From IMG/VR virus record IMGVR_UViG_3300033067_000713, positions 1 through 64,000 of that record: a stretch of 64,000 nt of DNA. One strand, written 5' to 3'. The stretch is from a virus. This document shows, one piece after another, positions 8,019 through 17,223 of the stretch (the stretch's first letter is position 1; every line of letters begins with the position of its first letter). The translations under genes and the position numbers were made by a program. The notes under the pieces were generated by a model, which worked only from the letters and a program-made list of their open reading frames with translations, did not search any database and was not told the origin of the DNA.

Positions 8019-8990
8019 ATGGGAAAGACAAGTTTTGTTGATGATGTATTTCTTTATGGTTCTTTAGATTATATTTTATCTAATCCTGATAGTAATATTG
8101 AATTAGATATAGATTATTTTTCTTTTGAGATAGATAGTAAAACTAAATTAGTTAAAGGTGTAGCAAGAAGATTATGGCATGACTATAATATTATTGCTGA
8201 TGTAAACACTATTTTATCTAAAGGTGAACATTATTGTTCAGATGAATTATATAATATAGTTAAAGGTTATAGAAATTATTTTGAAAAAATAGAAGATTAT
8301 TTAACTGTTCATGATATGACTGATAATGCTACAGGTATTAATAAATATTTAATAGAAAAAGCTAAGAAAAGAGGTACTATTGAATTTAAAAATATTAATA
8401 AAGATCCTGAAGGTGAACCTATTATGAGATTTGATAAATATACTCCTAATAAAGATAATGTTTATTGGCTTATAATTATTGATCATATTGCATTATTAAG
8501 AGAAGAAAGAGGTTTTAATACTAAACAAAATATTGATAAAATGAGTCAGTATTTAGTAAGTATGAGAAATAATTTTGGTGCTACTCCTGTAGTTATACAA
8601 CAATTAACTTTTGATACTGATAATGATGAAAGATTTAAATCTAATAGATTAACACCTACTTTAAAAGATTTTGGAGATTCTAAATATACTACTAGAGATG
8701 CTAATGTTATTATGACTTTATATTCGCCATATAGACATGGTATAACACAATTTGAAGGTTATGATATTACAAAATTAGGTAATAAGTTTAGAAATTTAGA
8801 AATACTTGAAAACAGAGATGGTGAACCTAATGTAAATATTGGATTAAATTTTATAGATAAAGTAGGAACTTTTAGAGAATTACCTAAACCTAAAGATATG
8901 ACTCCTGAATCTTATAAATATGCATTTGATATGGAAAATAGAAAATCTTCTTATTTTAAAAATGAAAGTGGAGTATGGATAGAGAGATAG
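8019..8990 (+). CDS. DnaB-family replicative helicase, exon 2 (RecA-like ATPase domain from the second half of Walker A)
   Basis: It starts with MGKTSFV (DnaB has SMGKTAF). Walker B-like LIIIDHIALL, H3-like VVIQQLTFD and H4-like RDANVIMTLYSP match DnaB/T7 gp4 motifs. Confidence 0.75.
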   Translation: MGKTSFVDDVFLYGSLDYILSNPDSNIELDIDYFSFEIDSKTKLVKGVARRLWHDYNIIADVNTILSKGEHYCSDELYNIVKGYRNYFEKIEDYLTVHDMTDNATGINKYLIEKAKKRGTIEFKNINKDPEGEPIMRFDKYTPNKDNVYWLIIIDHIALLREERGFNTKQNIDKMSQYLVSMRNNFGATPVVIQQLTFDTDNDERFKSNRLTPTLKDFGDSKYTTRDANVIMTLYSPYRHGITQFEGYDITKLGNKFRNLEILENRDGEPNVNIGLNFIDKVGTFRELPKPKDMTPESYKYAFDMENRKSSYFKNESGVWIER

Positions 8991-9280
8991 GTAAAAAATA
9001 TGATGATGGAAAGATAGATTATAATTTAATACCTGTATTTGCTCTTGAAGGCATTGCAAAAGTATTAACTTATGGATCTATGAAATATGGACCTAATAAT
9101 TGGCAAGCTGTAAGACCTAAAGAAAGATATATAAGTGCTGCTTATAGACATTTAGAAGCTGTTAGAAAAGGTGAACACATAGACACTATAGAATCTGGTG
9201 GAAGTGGATTATTACATATAGATCATGCTATATGTAGTTTAATTATGTATAGAGAAATAACAAGAACAGAAAATGAGTAA
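8975..9280 (+). CDS. possible phage dATP/dGTP diphosphohydrolase N-domain-like protein
   Basis: The KYDDGKIDYNLIP...VLTYGSMKYGPNNW pattern resembles my recollection of the phage dATP/dGTP diphosphohydrolase N-terminal family. This is from memory only. Confidence 0.35.
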   Translation: MDREIGKKYDDGKIDYNLIPVFALEGIAKVLTYGSMKYGPNNWQAVRPKERYISAAYRHLEAVRKGEHIDTIESGGSGLLHIDHAICSLIMYREITRTENE

Positions 9281-9551
9281 TTTTATTAAATTAAATGATG
9301 AATTAACATCATTATTAGAGATAAGTAATGATGTTAAAGAAGAATTAAAAATAGCTAAACCTAAATTAATTGATATTAATAACAAACTTGAATTTATTAA
9401 ACAAGAAATACAAATTTGTAAAGATAAAGGTGATTTAGATGAAGGTGAATTTTTACAACAAAAAGGAGATGTAATTAATAGTATTAATCTTGAAATACAA
9501 GATAATAAGTTATTAATGGTTAAAATTGATACAATTTTAAAAGAACAATAA
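9273..9551 (+). CDS. hypothetical coiled-coil protein
   Basis: ORF of 92 aa that is rich in Glu, Lys and Leu. Confidence 0.45.
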   Translation: MSNFIKLNDELTSLLEISNDVKEELKIAKPKLIDINNKLEFIKQEIQICKDKGDLDEGEFLQQKGDVINSINLEIQDNKLLMVKIDTILKEQ

Positions 9552-10342
9552 TGTTACCAGAAATAAGAAAAGCAAGTGATAAGAAAGATCCAGCAGTATT
9601 TATATTATATGGACCACCTAAAGTAGGTAAAACTACTCTAATTAATTCATTAGATAATAATCTAATATTTGATTTAGAAGAAGGTACTAAATATTTAAAT
9701 GCTTTGAGTATCAATATAATTGGTATTAAAGCTCCTGCAAATGAATCTAATGAGTCTAAAGAAGAAAGATTAAGAAATAATAAATATTATTTAGCAGAAG
9801 CTGGTAGAGAAATAGTAGAAAAGAAATTAAAATATGATTTTATAACAATAGATACTGCTACAGAATTTGAAGAAATGTTAAAACCAATTGCTCTTGAACT
9901 TTATAAAGCTACACCTATGGGTGCAACTTTTACAGGTACAGATATTTTGGATTTAGCTAGAGGAGCAGGTTATTATTATATTAGAGAAGCATATAAAGAA
10001 TATATAGGAAAAATTAAAAAATTAACACCTAGATTAATATTAATAGGTCATTTAAAAGAGAATATAATCAATAAAGCAGGTAAAGAAGTAACAGCAAAAG
10101 ATTTAGATTTAACAGGTAAACTTAAAACTATAGCTTGTGCTGGAGCTGATGCGGTTGGTTATATTTATAGAGGTGAAGATTCTGAGTTAAGAATCAGTTT
10201 TAAAACATCTGATGAAGTAACTTGTGGAGCTAGACCTGATCATTTAAAAGGTCAAGATATTAAAATAGCCGATTATAATAAAGAAACAAATGATTTGGAA
10301 AATATTAATTGGTCATTAATATATCCAGAAATGTTTAGTTAA
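9551..10342 (+). CDS. P-loop ATPase (AAA_24 / Sak4-like phage ATPase)
   Basis: Walker A ILYGPPKVGKTT and Walker B-like FITIDTATE in a protein of about 260 aa, which is typical for this phage ATPase family. Confidence 0.6.
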   Translation: MLPEIRKASDKKDPAVFILYGPPKVGKTTLINSLDNNLIFDLEEGTKYLNALSINIIGIKAPANESNESKEERLRNNKYYLAEAGREIVEKKLKYDFITIDTATEFEEMLKPIALELYKATPMGATFTGTDILDLARGAGYYYIREAYKEYIGKIKKLTPRLILIGHLKENIINKAGKEVTAKDLDLTGKLKTIACAGADAVGYIYRGEDSELRISFKTSDEVTCGARPDHLKGQDIKIADYNKETNDLENINWSLIYPEMFS

Positions 10343-10343
10343 A

Positions 10344-10943
10344 ATGAATGAGTTTTCATGGAAAATTCCTAGAGGAAATGGAATATGGGAACAAATTATT
10401 CCTAATAATATATTATTCACTGGAACAAATATAAGTGATCACTTAAATAATACTCAGTTAGAAAAAATATTTTTAAATCCAGAAAATTATATTATGGGTA
10501 TAGATCCATATGAAAATAAAACAATAATAAAACAAAAAACTATGAGTGAAGTAGTAGAAACAAAAAAAGTAGATCAAATTGTAATGCCTACTGAACCTAT
10601 TAAAATATCTTTAAAAGGTATTATAGCAGATTTAGAGAATGGTTTAACAAGAACTAAAGAAGATACTAATTATAATGCAGAAGTTGGTTGTATTCAAGAT
10701 AAATACAATTTAACTAGTACTGATCTTAGAACATTATTTCAACATTCAATGTTAAAAGGGTTAAGAGTTAAACCTGTGAAGAAACCTGGATTTGAATTAA
10801 TTGAAGATGTAGAAACAGTAACATTAGATCCAGCAGTATCTAGTGAATCAGCTTTTGGTAAACCATCAGCAGCAACTTTAAAAGAATTAGCTAAAACTAG
10901 TTCTGAAGAATTAAAAACTGAAAGTGTAGATATACCTTTCTAA
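10344..10943 (+). CDS. hypothetical protein ending in an SSB-like DIPF tail
   Basis: The C-terminus is ...ESVDIPF, which resembles the SSB C-terminal protein-interaction tip (DDDIPF in E. coli SSB). Confidence 0.5.
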   Translation: MNEFSWKIPRGNGIWEQIIPNNILFTGTNISDHLNNTQLEKIFLNPENYIMGIDPYENKTIIKQKTMSEVVETKKVDQIVMPTEPIKISLKGIIADLENGLTRTKEDTNYNAEVGCIQDKYNLTSTDLRTLFQHSMLKGLRVKPVKKPGFELIEDVETVTLDPAVSSESAFGKPSAATLKELAKTSSEELKTESVDIPF

Positions 10944-10974
10944 TAATAAATAGTAATAAATAAAACAAATAAAT

Positions 10975-11556
10975 ATGAGTGGTTACGGATCAACAACAAC
11001 AAGTGAAGGTAAAGAGTTAACAGCAGATGGTAGAGCACCACAGTTAACAGGAGAAAGAGTAGTTGGTAATGAGTTAGTTTCTTTTGATTTTCCAAAAGAT
11101 AAAGAAACAGGAGAAACTATTACAAGTAGAGCAGAATTAAAGTTTAAACAATCAAATGGAGCAATTGTAAATATTGCATTTTTTGATAGTACTGAGGGTT
11201 GGGCAATTGATAAAACAAATGCACAATTACTTCATGTTTTCTCTAAAATTGTATCTAAAGAAGAATATTATGCAGCTATTAACAATCCTGCTAATTTTCA
11301 AGAGTTTGTAGGAAGAATCAGAGATAAAGTTGTACCTAAAGCTGCTGGTAAGAAATTTACATGTAAATTTGTATATCTTACAAGTAAAACTACAGGTAAA
11401 TCTAATATTGGTTTTCCTAATTTTCCTAATTTCTTTGAATTAGATGGTACTTCACCAAGTACATTATCTACTAATCCAAAGTATGATGTTTATATTAGAC
11501 CTGCACAATCAGAAGTAGCTAGTACAACTACTACTAATGATGATGTGCCATTCTAA
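10975..11556 (+). CDS. putative single-stranded DNA-binding protein
   Basis: The C-terminus is ...TTTNDDVPF, an acidic tail ending in D-V-P-F as in bacterial SSB. It sits in the replication cluster. The OB fold is not verifiable by eye. Confidence 0.45.
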   Translation: MSGYGSTTTSEGKELTADGRAPQLTGERVVGNELVSFDFPKDKETGETITSRAELKFKQSNGAIVNIAFFDSTEGWAIDKTNAQLLHVFSKIVSKEEYYAAINNPANFQEFVGRIRDKVVPKAAGKKFTCKFVYLTSKTTGKSNIGFPNFPNFFELDGTSPSTLSTNPKYDVYIRPAQSEVASTTTTNDDVPF

Positions 11557-11563
11557 ATAACTT

Positions 11564-12574
11564 ATGTACGGAGTAAAAATAGCCACTAAAGATAATATCT
11601 TATCTTTATTAACTGAATATGATATATTCAAATACTATATATTCTCTTTTAAAGAGATAGGTAAAGCTTTTTGTTCAGAAATAGAAAGAGATAAAAATCC
11701 TAGTTGTGTTATTTTTATGAAAGATGGTAAATTATATTATAAAGATTTTAGAGATACTGAAGCGTATAATTGCTTTAGTTATATAATGAAAAAATATAAT
11801 TTAACTTTTTATGAAGCACTTGATTTAATAAATAAAGATTTTAATTTAAAATTACAAAATAATACCTCAAAACAGTTTGTTCATTCATTTTTAGAAAAAG
11901 AAATATTGCTCTATGGAGATAATTATCTTCAATCAACAGAGGCTAAAAAAGAGATAAAAGTTGAACTAACAAACTGGAATACAGGTATTCACAAGAAGTA
12001 TTGGTATGACCAATATGGACTTGGTGTAAAAGATTTAAATTATTTTGATATTCATGCAATTAAATCATGGTGGGTAATACAAGAGGAAAATTATAAACAT
12101 TATATTTCTGAACCATTATCATTTGGTTATTATTTTGAAAAACCTAATAACTTAGAAACTTGGAAAATATATCAACCTTATGCAGGTAATAATGATATAA
12201 AATGGATGAGTAATACTCATTTAGATACTTTACAAGGATTTAAACAATTACGTTATAAATCTGATACTCTTATTATTACAAAATCTTTAAAAGATGTTGC
12301 AGTATTATACAAATTAAACTATGATTCTGTAGCTCCAAATGCAGAATCTTGTTTAATTGATGAAACTAAGATGTCTATACTTAAAGAAAAATATAAAAAT
12401 ATAGTAATAATATTTGATAATGATAAAGCAGGTATTAAAGGTTCTACTAAATTATCTGAAAAATATAATATACCAAATTTATTTTTACCTGAAGATACAG
12501 CAAAAGATGTATCTGATTATGTAGCAAGTTTTGGTTATGATAATCTTAAAAATCAATTAATAAATCTGATATAA
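11564..12574 (+). CDS. DNA primase (TOPRIM domain)
   Basis: TOPRIM DxD motif IIFDNDKAG near the C-terminus, a Cys/His-containing N-terminal region, and a position next to helicase and SSB. Confidence 0.55.
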   Translation: MYGVKIATKDNILSLLTEYDIFKYYIFSFKEIGKAFCSEIERDKNPSCVIFMKDGKLYYKDFRDTEAYNCFSYIMKKYNLTFYEALDLINKDFNLKLQNNTSKQFVHSFLEKEILLYGDNYLQSTEAKKEIKVELTNWNTGIHKKYWYDQYGLGVKDLNYFDIHAIKSWWVIQEENYKHYISEPLSFGYYFEKPNNLETWKIYQPYAGNNDIKWMSNTHLDTLQGFKQLRYKSDTLIITKSLKDVAVLYKLNYDSVAPNAESCLIDETKMSILKEKYKNIVIIFDNDKAGIKGSTKLSEKYNIPNLFLPEDTAKDVSDYVASFGYDNLKNQLINLI

Positions 12575-13167
12575 TGTATAAAGTAATAGTACCTGAATGG
12601 GAATACTATTTTGTAAAATCTAAAAAAACAAGTCCTAAATATTGGCTATATAAAGATAAAGATAAATTACCATTAAAACATAAAGCTGTTTTTAGAGATC
12701 AGCCTTTATTAATTAGTGGTAAAGCTTATTGTTGTGATAATGGAGGAAATAGAATGGTGAAAAATACAAAGAAAGTAGGAGCAGAGAATATCTGGGTACT
12801 TAACGGAAATGCACTTTATTCTGGAATACTTCATCATACAATGAGAAAGAAAGTAGCAGGTTATTATCATAATTACTTTAGTAAGTATATTAGAGAACAA
12901 CTTAAACCTATAATATTAACACCAGGTAATTATTTAAGTATATCGTGTGATATATATGAAATACCTAGAGGTAATATGCCTGATGTTAGTAATATGTGGT
13001 TACTAGAAAAATTCTTTGAAGATGCTTTACAAGAATGTGGTATAATTGAAGATGATGGTCCTAATATTGTATTAGAAAGTGGAAGAAAACGTTATCATTG
13101 GGTTAAACATCCAAAAGAAAGAAAATTAATCTTTAACATAAATATAACAACACATGAAACTATTTAA
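12574..13167 (+). CDS. hypothetical protein
   Basis: ORF of 197 aa that overlaps the upstream stop (ATAATG). Confidence 0.5.
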   Translation: MYKVIVPEWEYYFVKSKKTSPKYWLYKDKDKLPLKHKAVFRDQPLLISGKAYCCDNGGNRMVKNTKKVGAENIWVLNGNALYSGILHHTMRKKVAGYYHNYFSKYIREQLKPIILTPGNYLSISCDIYEIPRGNMPDVSNMWLLEKFFEDALQECGIIEDDGPNIVLESGRKRYHWVKHPKERKLIFNINITTHETI

Positions 13168-13768
13168 TATAACTATTAATAAGACTATTAAATCTATATT
13201 AGAAATATGTAGTATGATTATTTTAATAATTTATGCTTACATAGGAGCTTATAAAATTCATTATGAACAAACAGAACCAAGAATAATAGAAATACATGAT
13301 ACAATTTACAAAACAAATATAGATCTGGGAAATCTATATAATTTGTCTATTAATCATTTAAAAAGTAAAGAAGGATTATGTCTTAAACCTACTATTTCTT
13401 GTGATGGATTATTGACTATAGGTTATGGTCATGTAATTAAAAAAGATGAAACATTTATAGGTATCTCTGAAATAGAAGCAACTCTTTTATTAAAGAAAGA
13501 TTTACAAAAAGCAATAGATTTTGTAAAAAATAATACTAATTTAAAAGATAATAAAGCTCTAGCAATGGGGCTTTTATCTTTTAATATTGGTACAGGAAGA
13601 TTTCTTCAATATATGAAGAATGATTCATTATTAGTAGGTAATAATATCAATAAAATTATTAATTATTGTCATTATACTACTAAAAAAGATGGAAAAGATA
13701 TTACCATTACTTCAAAAACTCTCAAGGAAAGAAGAATTTTTGAATTAAAAATATATCATAGTTTTTAA
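13154..13768 (+). CDS. endolysin, T4 lysozyme-like (GH24) with an N-terminal signal-anchor (SAR type)
   Basis: KSKEGLCLKPTISCDGLLTIGYGH aligns with T4 lysozyme [21 protein letters not shown] (catalytic Glu, Asp, Thr). The N-terminal hydrophobic segment is SMIILIIYAYIGAY. Confidence 0.7.
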   Translation: MKLFNITINKTIKSILEICSMIILIIYAYIGAYKIHYEQTEPRIIEIHDTIYKTNIDLGNLYNLSINHLKSKEGLCLKPTISCDGLLTIGYGHVIKKDETFIGISEIEATLLLKKDLQKAIDFVKNNTNLKDNKALAMGLLSFNIGTGRFLQYMKNDSLLVGNNINKIINYCHYTTKKDGKDITITSKTLKERRIFELKIYHSF

Positions 13769-13785
13769 CAATAAACAAACAACAA

Positions 13786-14019
13786 ATGAGAACAATTAAA
13801 GTTTTTTCAACAGAAACTAGTACATTAAAAGAATTACAATCAAGTGCAACTACTTGGGGAGAATTAAAAACAGAATTAAAAGCTGCTAATATTGATCCTA
13901 GTAATATGAAAGGTATGATTAAAGAAAGTAAAACTACTTTAGAACATGATGGTGGAGTATTACCAACTGAAGGATTTACTTTGTTTCTTACACCTCAAAA
14001 AGTAAAGTCAGGTTTCTGA
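13786..14019 (+). CDS. small protein, candidate ubiquitin-like (beta-grasp) protein
   Basis: Its 77 aa match the size of ubiquitin and show a similar hydrophobic periodicity (MRTIKVF...TLKEL...ELKTELKAANIDP...KESKTTLEHDGGVL...FTLFLTPQKVKSGF). It sits directly upstream of the JAB-E1 operon. There is no terminal GG; it ends in SGF. Confidence 0.3.
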   Translation: MRTIKVFSTETSTLKELQSSATTWGELKTELKAANIDPSNMKGMIKESKTTLEHDGGVLPTEGFTLFLTPQKVKSGF

Positions 14020-14061
14020 TTATCAACTAGTTACAAAATAATTAACTAAAAAATAAATATT

Positions 14062-14211
14062 ATGTCTGCTGAAATACAAAAAGAAGATTTGGAAAATAAT
14101 ACTGTTCTCCAAAAAGAAACAGAAATGGAAAAAGAAATAGATGATTTCTTTGATATTTATTTTAAAAATGAACAATTTCAAAAAAGTTGTTTACAAGAAT
14201 TGGAATTTTAA
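14062..14211 (+). CDS. small ORF of 49 aa (below the track threshold)
   Basis: ATG at 14062 with an A-rich leader, ending in TAA at 14209-14211, immediately followed by a terminator hairpin. Confidence 0.3.
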   Translation: MSAEIQKEDLENNTVLQKETEMEKEIDDFFDIYFKNEQFQKSCLQELEF

Positions 14212-14213
14212 CT

Positions 14214-14243
14214 AAAAGGCTAGTGTAATAACTAGCCTTTTTA
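14214..14243 (+). terminator. intrinsic terminator-like hairpin
   Basis: AAAGGCTAG (14215-14223), an 8-nt loop, CTAGCCTTT (14232-14240), followed by TTAATAATT. Confidence 0.5.
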
Positions 14244-14254
14244 ATAATTAAATT

Positions 14255-15886
14255 ATGGATGAACAAAATTTTGATTTTGATGCTTGGGATAGCATAATGC
14301 AAGCTATAGAGCAAGGTAAATCTTTAAATTCTTTAGATAATAATCCTACTATATCAACTATACCTAATATTGAAGATTTAAATACTATTAATAAAATAAA
14401 TACAGAAGATCCTAGAAGTAAAATAACTAATTTTGATTATTTAAAATCTTTAAACTTACAATCAGAAACTACTACAGGTAAAATTATATTTAATCATAAA
14501 TTATATGGAATTTCATTATCTGGATCACAATCTGGTTATCAACAAAGAAATGTTACTTATAATTTTATTTTAACTAGAATAGATTTAGATCAACCTGTAT
14601 TATATATGGTTATATATAGAGAACATGAATTGATGTTCAGAGATATAAAGATATATGGTAGTATTTTTTCAAATGATTTAAATAATATTACTATAAATTT
14701 ATCAAAGTTATTAGATTTTTCTGACTTATGTTTTGATAAAGAAGTTTATGAAAAAGAATTATTAAAATATGAAGAAATGAAAAATAAAAATAATGATTTA
14801 AATGTTGAAAAATATCTAATTAAATTAGATAAAAATAGACAAACTAAATATAAACAAGAATTAGAAGTTTATGAAATAAAATTAAAATTAGCTACTATTG
14901 ATGATATATTTACTAAATGTTGTACAACTGTATTTGATGATAATTGGGATTTTGTTAGAAATATAGAATCAGATAGATTTACACCTGATAGATTATATAG
15001 AAATAGATTAACTATTCATTTTCCAGAAATAGAAATTAAAAATAGTAAAAAACAAAGTCATAAAATATATGATTTTTATTTAAGTTTATTTTTTAATGAT
15101 AATTTTAAAATATATTCTAATATTTACGGAAGAAGACAAACTTATAGTTTAGAAGAATTTGATAGATCTTATAGTCATTCTCATTGTAGTCCTGATAGGT
15201 ATCATTGGTCTAAAATGTGTTTAGGAGATGATACACCATTATCAGAATTAGTATATAGTATGGCTAGTAGTAATAATAGTTTTAATGAAAATAATTTAAT
15301 GAAATTATTATTATTAATTCAAGGTTATATTGGTTGGGAATCATTAGAAGGTGGACCTCATGTGAGAATGGAAACTATAGGTAATGCTAGAGGAACTGTT
15401 AATCAGAATTGGAGTACAGATTCTATTAAAGATTGTTATAGTACAATTAAAAATAATTTAAATGTTATTAATAGAGATAAATTAATAACATTTAGTAATA
15501 TTAATAAATTTAATAAATTTATAATAAATTCTGAATTATTAGAATCTTCATTAGGTAATTTATCATATAATAGTTCTAATTATATTTGTTTTAAATCTGG
15601 TGATGAATATTATACTAATAATATAAATGCTATAGATTATGAAAATAATATAGCTAGATATAATAGAGATATTCAAAATAATATTAATAATAGTAGAAAA
15701 ATTGAATATAAAGGCAAATTAATAACGCCTGAAATTAAACAAAATGTAAGTAATAATGCTGAAACAATTAAATGTTTAAATCCACATTTATTTAAATCAG
15801 TAATAAATATGTTACAAAAAGATATAAATAATTATTATTTAAAAACAAAAAATTATGAGTTTAGTAGAATCAAAGAGAGTGCATAG
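14255..15886 (+). CDS. large hypothetical protein, first gene of the JAB-E1 operon; possible E2-like segment
   Basis: ORF of 543 aa. The segment SYSHSHCSPDRYHWSKMCLGDD loosely recalls the HPN...C-L-D region of UBC/E2-like folds. This is weak. Confidence 0.5.
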   Translation: MDEQNFDFDAWDSIMQAIEQGKSLNSLDNNPTISTIPNIEDLNTINKINTEDPRSKITNFDYLKSLNLQSETTTGKIIFNHKLYGISLSGSQSGYQQRNVTYNFILTRIDLDQPVLYMVIYREHELMFRDIKIYGSIFSNDLNNITINLSKLLDFSDLCFDKEVYEKELLKYEEMKNKNNDLNVEKYLIKLDKNRQTKYKQELEVYEIKLKLATIDDIFTKCCTTVFDDNWDFVRNIESDRFTPDRLYRNRLTIHFPEIEIKNSKKQSHKIYDFYLSLFFNDNFKIYSNIYGRRQTYSLEEFDRSYSHSHCSPDRYHWSKMCLGDDTPLSELVYSMASSNNSFNENNLMKLLLLIQGYIGWESLEGGPHVRMETIGNARGTVNQNWSTDSIKDCYSTIKNNLNVINRDKLITFSNINKFNKFIINSELLESSLGNLSYNSSNYICFKSGDEYYTNNINAIDYENNIARYNRDIQNNINNSRKIEYKGKLITPEIKQNVSNNAETIKCLNPHLFKSVINMLQKDINNYYLKTKNYEFSRIKESA

Positions 15887-17222
15887 CAGACAATTAGTTG
15901 AACTTAAAGAAAAAGGTAAACTAATTATACCTAATTCTGTTATTGAAAAAATACAATTTTTACATCATAAAATTAAAGCTATAGAATGGAGTGCTATTCT
16001 TCTTTATAAAGTTGTAGAAGGTGAGATAGAGAAACCAGGTACTTTAGTATTAAGAGTTGAAGATTTTATATTAATGGATATAGGTAATGCTACTTATACA
16101 GAATATGAATTTTCTACTGATGATGAGTATAGTTTTGAAAAATATACAACTGCTTTAGAAAATGGTTTAAAAATAGGGCATTTACATACTCATCATAATA
16201 TGAGATGTTTCTTTAGTGGAACAGATACAGATGAATTATTTGATAATTCTGAAAAACATAATTATTATTTATCTTTAATTGTTAATTTTCAAAATATCAA
16301 TGAATGGTGTGCTGCTGTAGCAATGTGTTTAGATGAGAAAATTGAAGGTGAAATTAAAGAAATAGGTAATATTAAAGTTACTAGAACTTATAAAGGAGCT
16401 GATGGTCTTCAAACAATTGAAACTAATCAAGAAGTAAATAATGTAAAACCTATTGTATCTGATAAATCTATGATGTATAAAATCAATTTAGATTTAATTA
16501 GAGAAGGTGGTGGAGAAAATTTAGATGGTTTAGAAGAAAGAATTAAAAGTATTGAAGAATCTAAAAAACCTAAACATAATTATAAAGATTATGGTTATGC
16601 TCATACTAGTAGATCTTGGGATTGGGAAGATTTAAAGACTGGTCATGGAGGGACTAGTATAAAAAGTACATTTCAAGAAATTAACAAAGAAGCAGAAAAA
16701 ACAGCAAAAACACAAGATGAATTTGAAGAAATGGAAAAGAAGTTAAATTTAGCTGAAACTAAAGATAAAGGAAAAGGTAAAAAAGAACGTATTATTAGAG
16801 CTAAGAATTGTTATTCTCCAGGTAATGTAAGAGAAGCTTTAATATTTCTTATTGATGGTAATGAAAATATGACTCTTCAAACAGCTTTAATTAATTTTTC
16901 TACTAGTTTATCTAATGTACACATGAGAGATTATCAACTTGGTATGTTAGAAGAAAGATTTGCTTTAAAATGTGATAATATTTTAAATATTAACGGTGAA
17001 GATTTAGATTATCATTGTTTAGCAGTTAGTTTTACTGATTTATTACAGCCTTTTAAAGATAGTCCTAATTTAGGCGAAGTAACTAAATTATTGTTAGATG
17101 TTTTTGATATTTATATCTTACCAGAAAAAGATGTAAGTAATGCTTTAACTAAACATTTTACAGGTTTAGAATTTGAAAGTGATGATGATCAATTAGAAAT
17201 AAATTTTTTAAAAAATTATTAA
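15855..17222 (+). CDS. JAB/MPN+ (JAMM) metalloisopeptidase domain protein
   Basis: A perfect JAMM motif: upstream Glu (EWSAILLY) followed by H-T-H-HNMRCFF-S-GT-D, i.e. HxHx7Sx2D. This is followed by a C-terminal extension of about 280 aa. It overlaps the upstream gene by 32 nt. Confidence 0.7.
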   Translation: MSLVESKRVHSRQLVELKEKGKLIIPNSVIEKIQFLHHKIKAIEWSAILLYKVVEGEIEKPGTLVLRVEDFILMDIGNATYTEYEFSTDDEYSFEKYTTALENGLKIGHLHTHHNMRCFFSGTDTDELFDNSEKHNYYLSLIVNFQNINEWCAAVAMCLDEKIEGEIKEIGNIKVTRTYKGADGLQTIETNQEVNNVKPIVSDKSMMYKINLDLIREGGGENLDGLEERIKSIEESKKPKHNYKDYGYAHTSRSWDWEDLKTGHGGTSIKSTFQEINKEAEKTAKTQDEFEEMEKKLNLAETKDKGKGKKERIIRAKNCYSPGNVREALIFLIDGNENMTLQTALINFSTSLSNVHMRDYQLGMLEERFALKCDNILNINGEDLDYHCLAVSFTDLLQPFKDSPNLGEVTKLLLDVFDIYILPEKDVSNALTKHFTGLEFESDDDQLEINFLKNY

Positions 17223-17223
17223 T

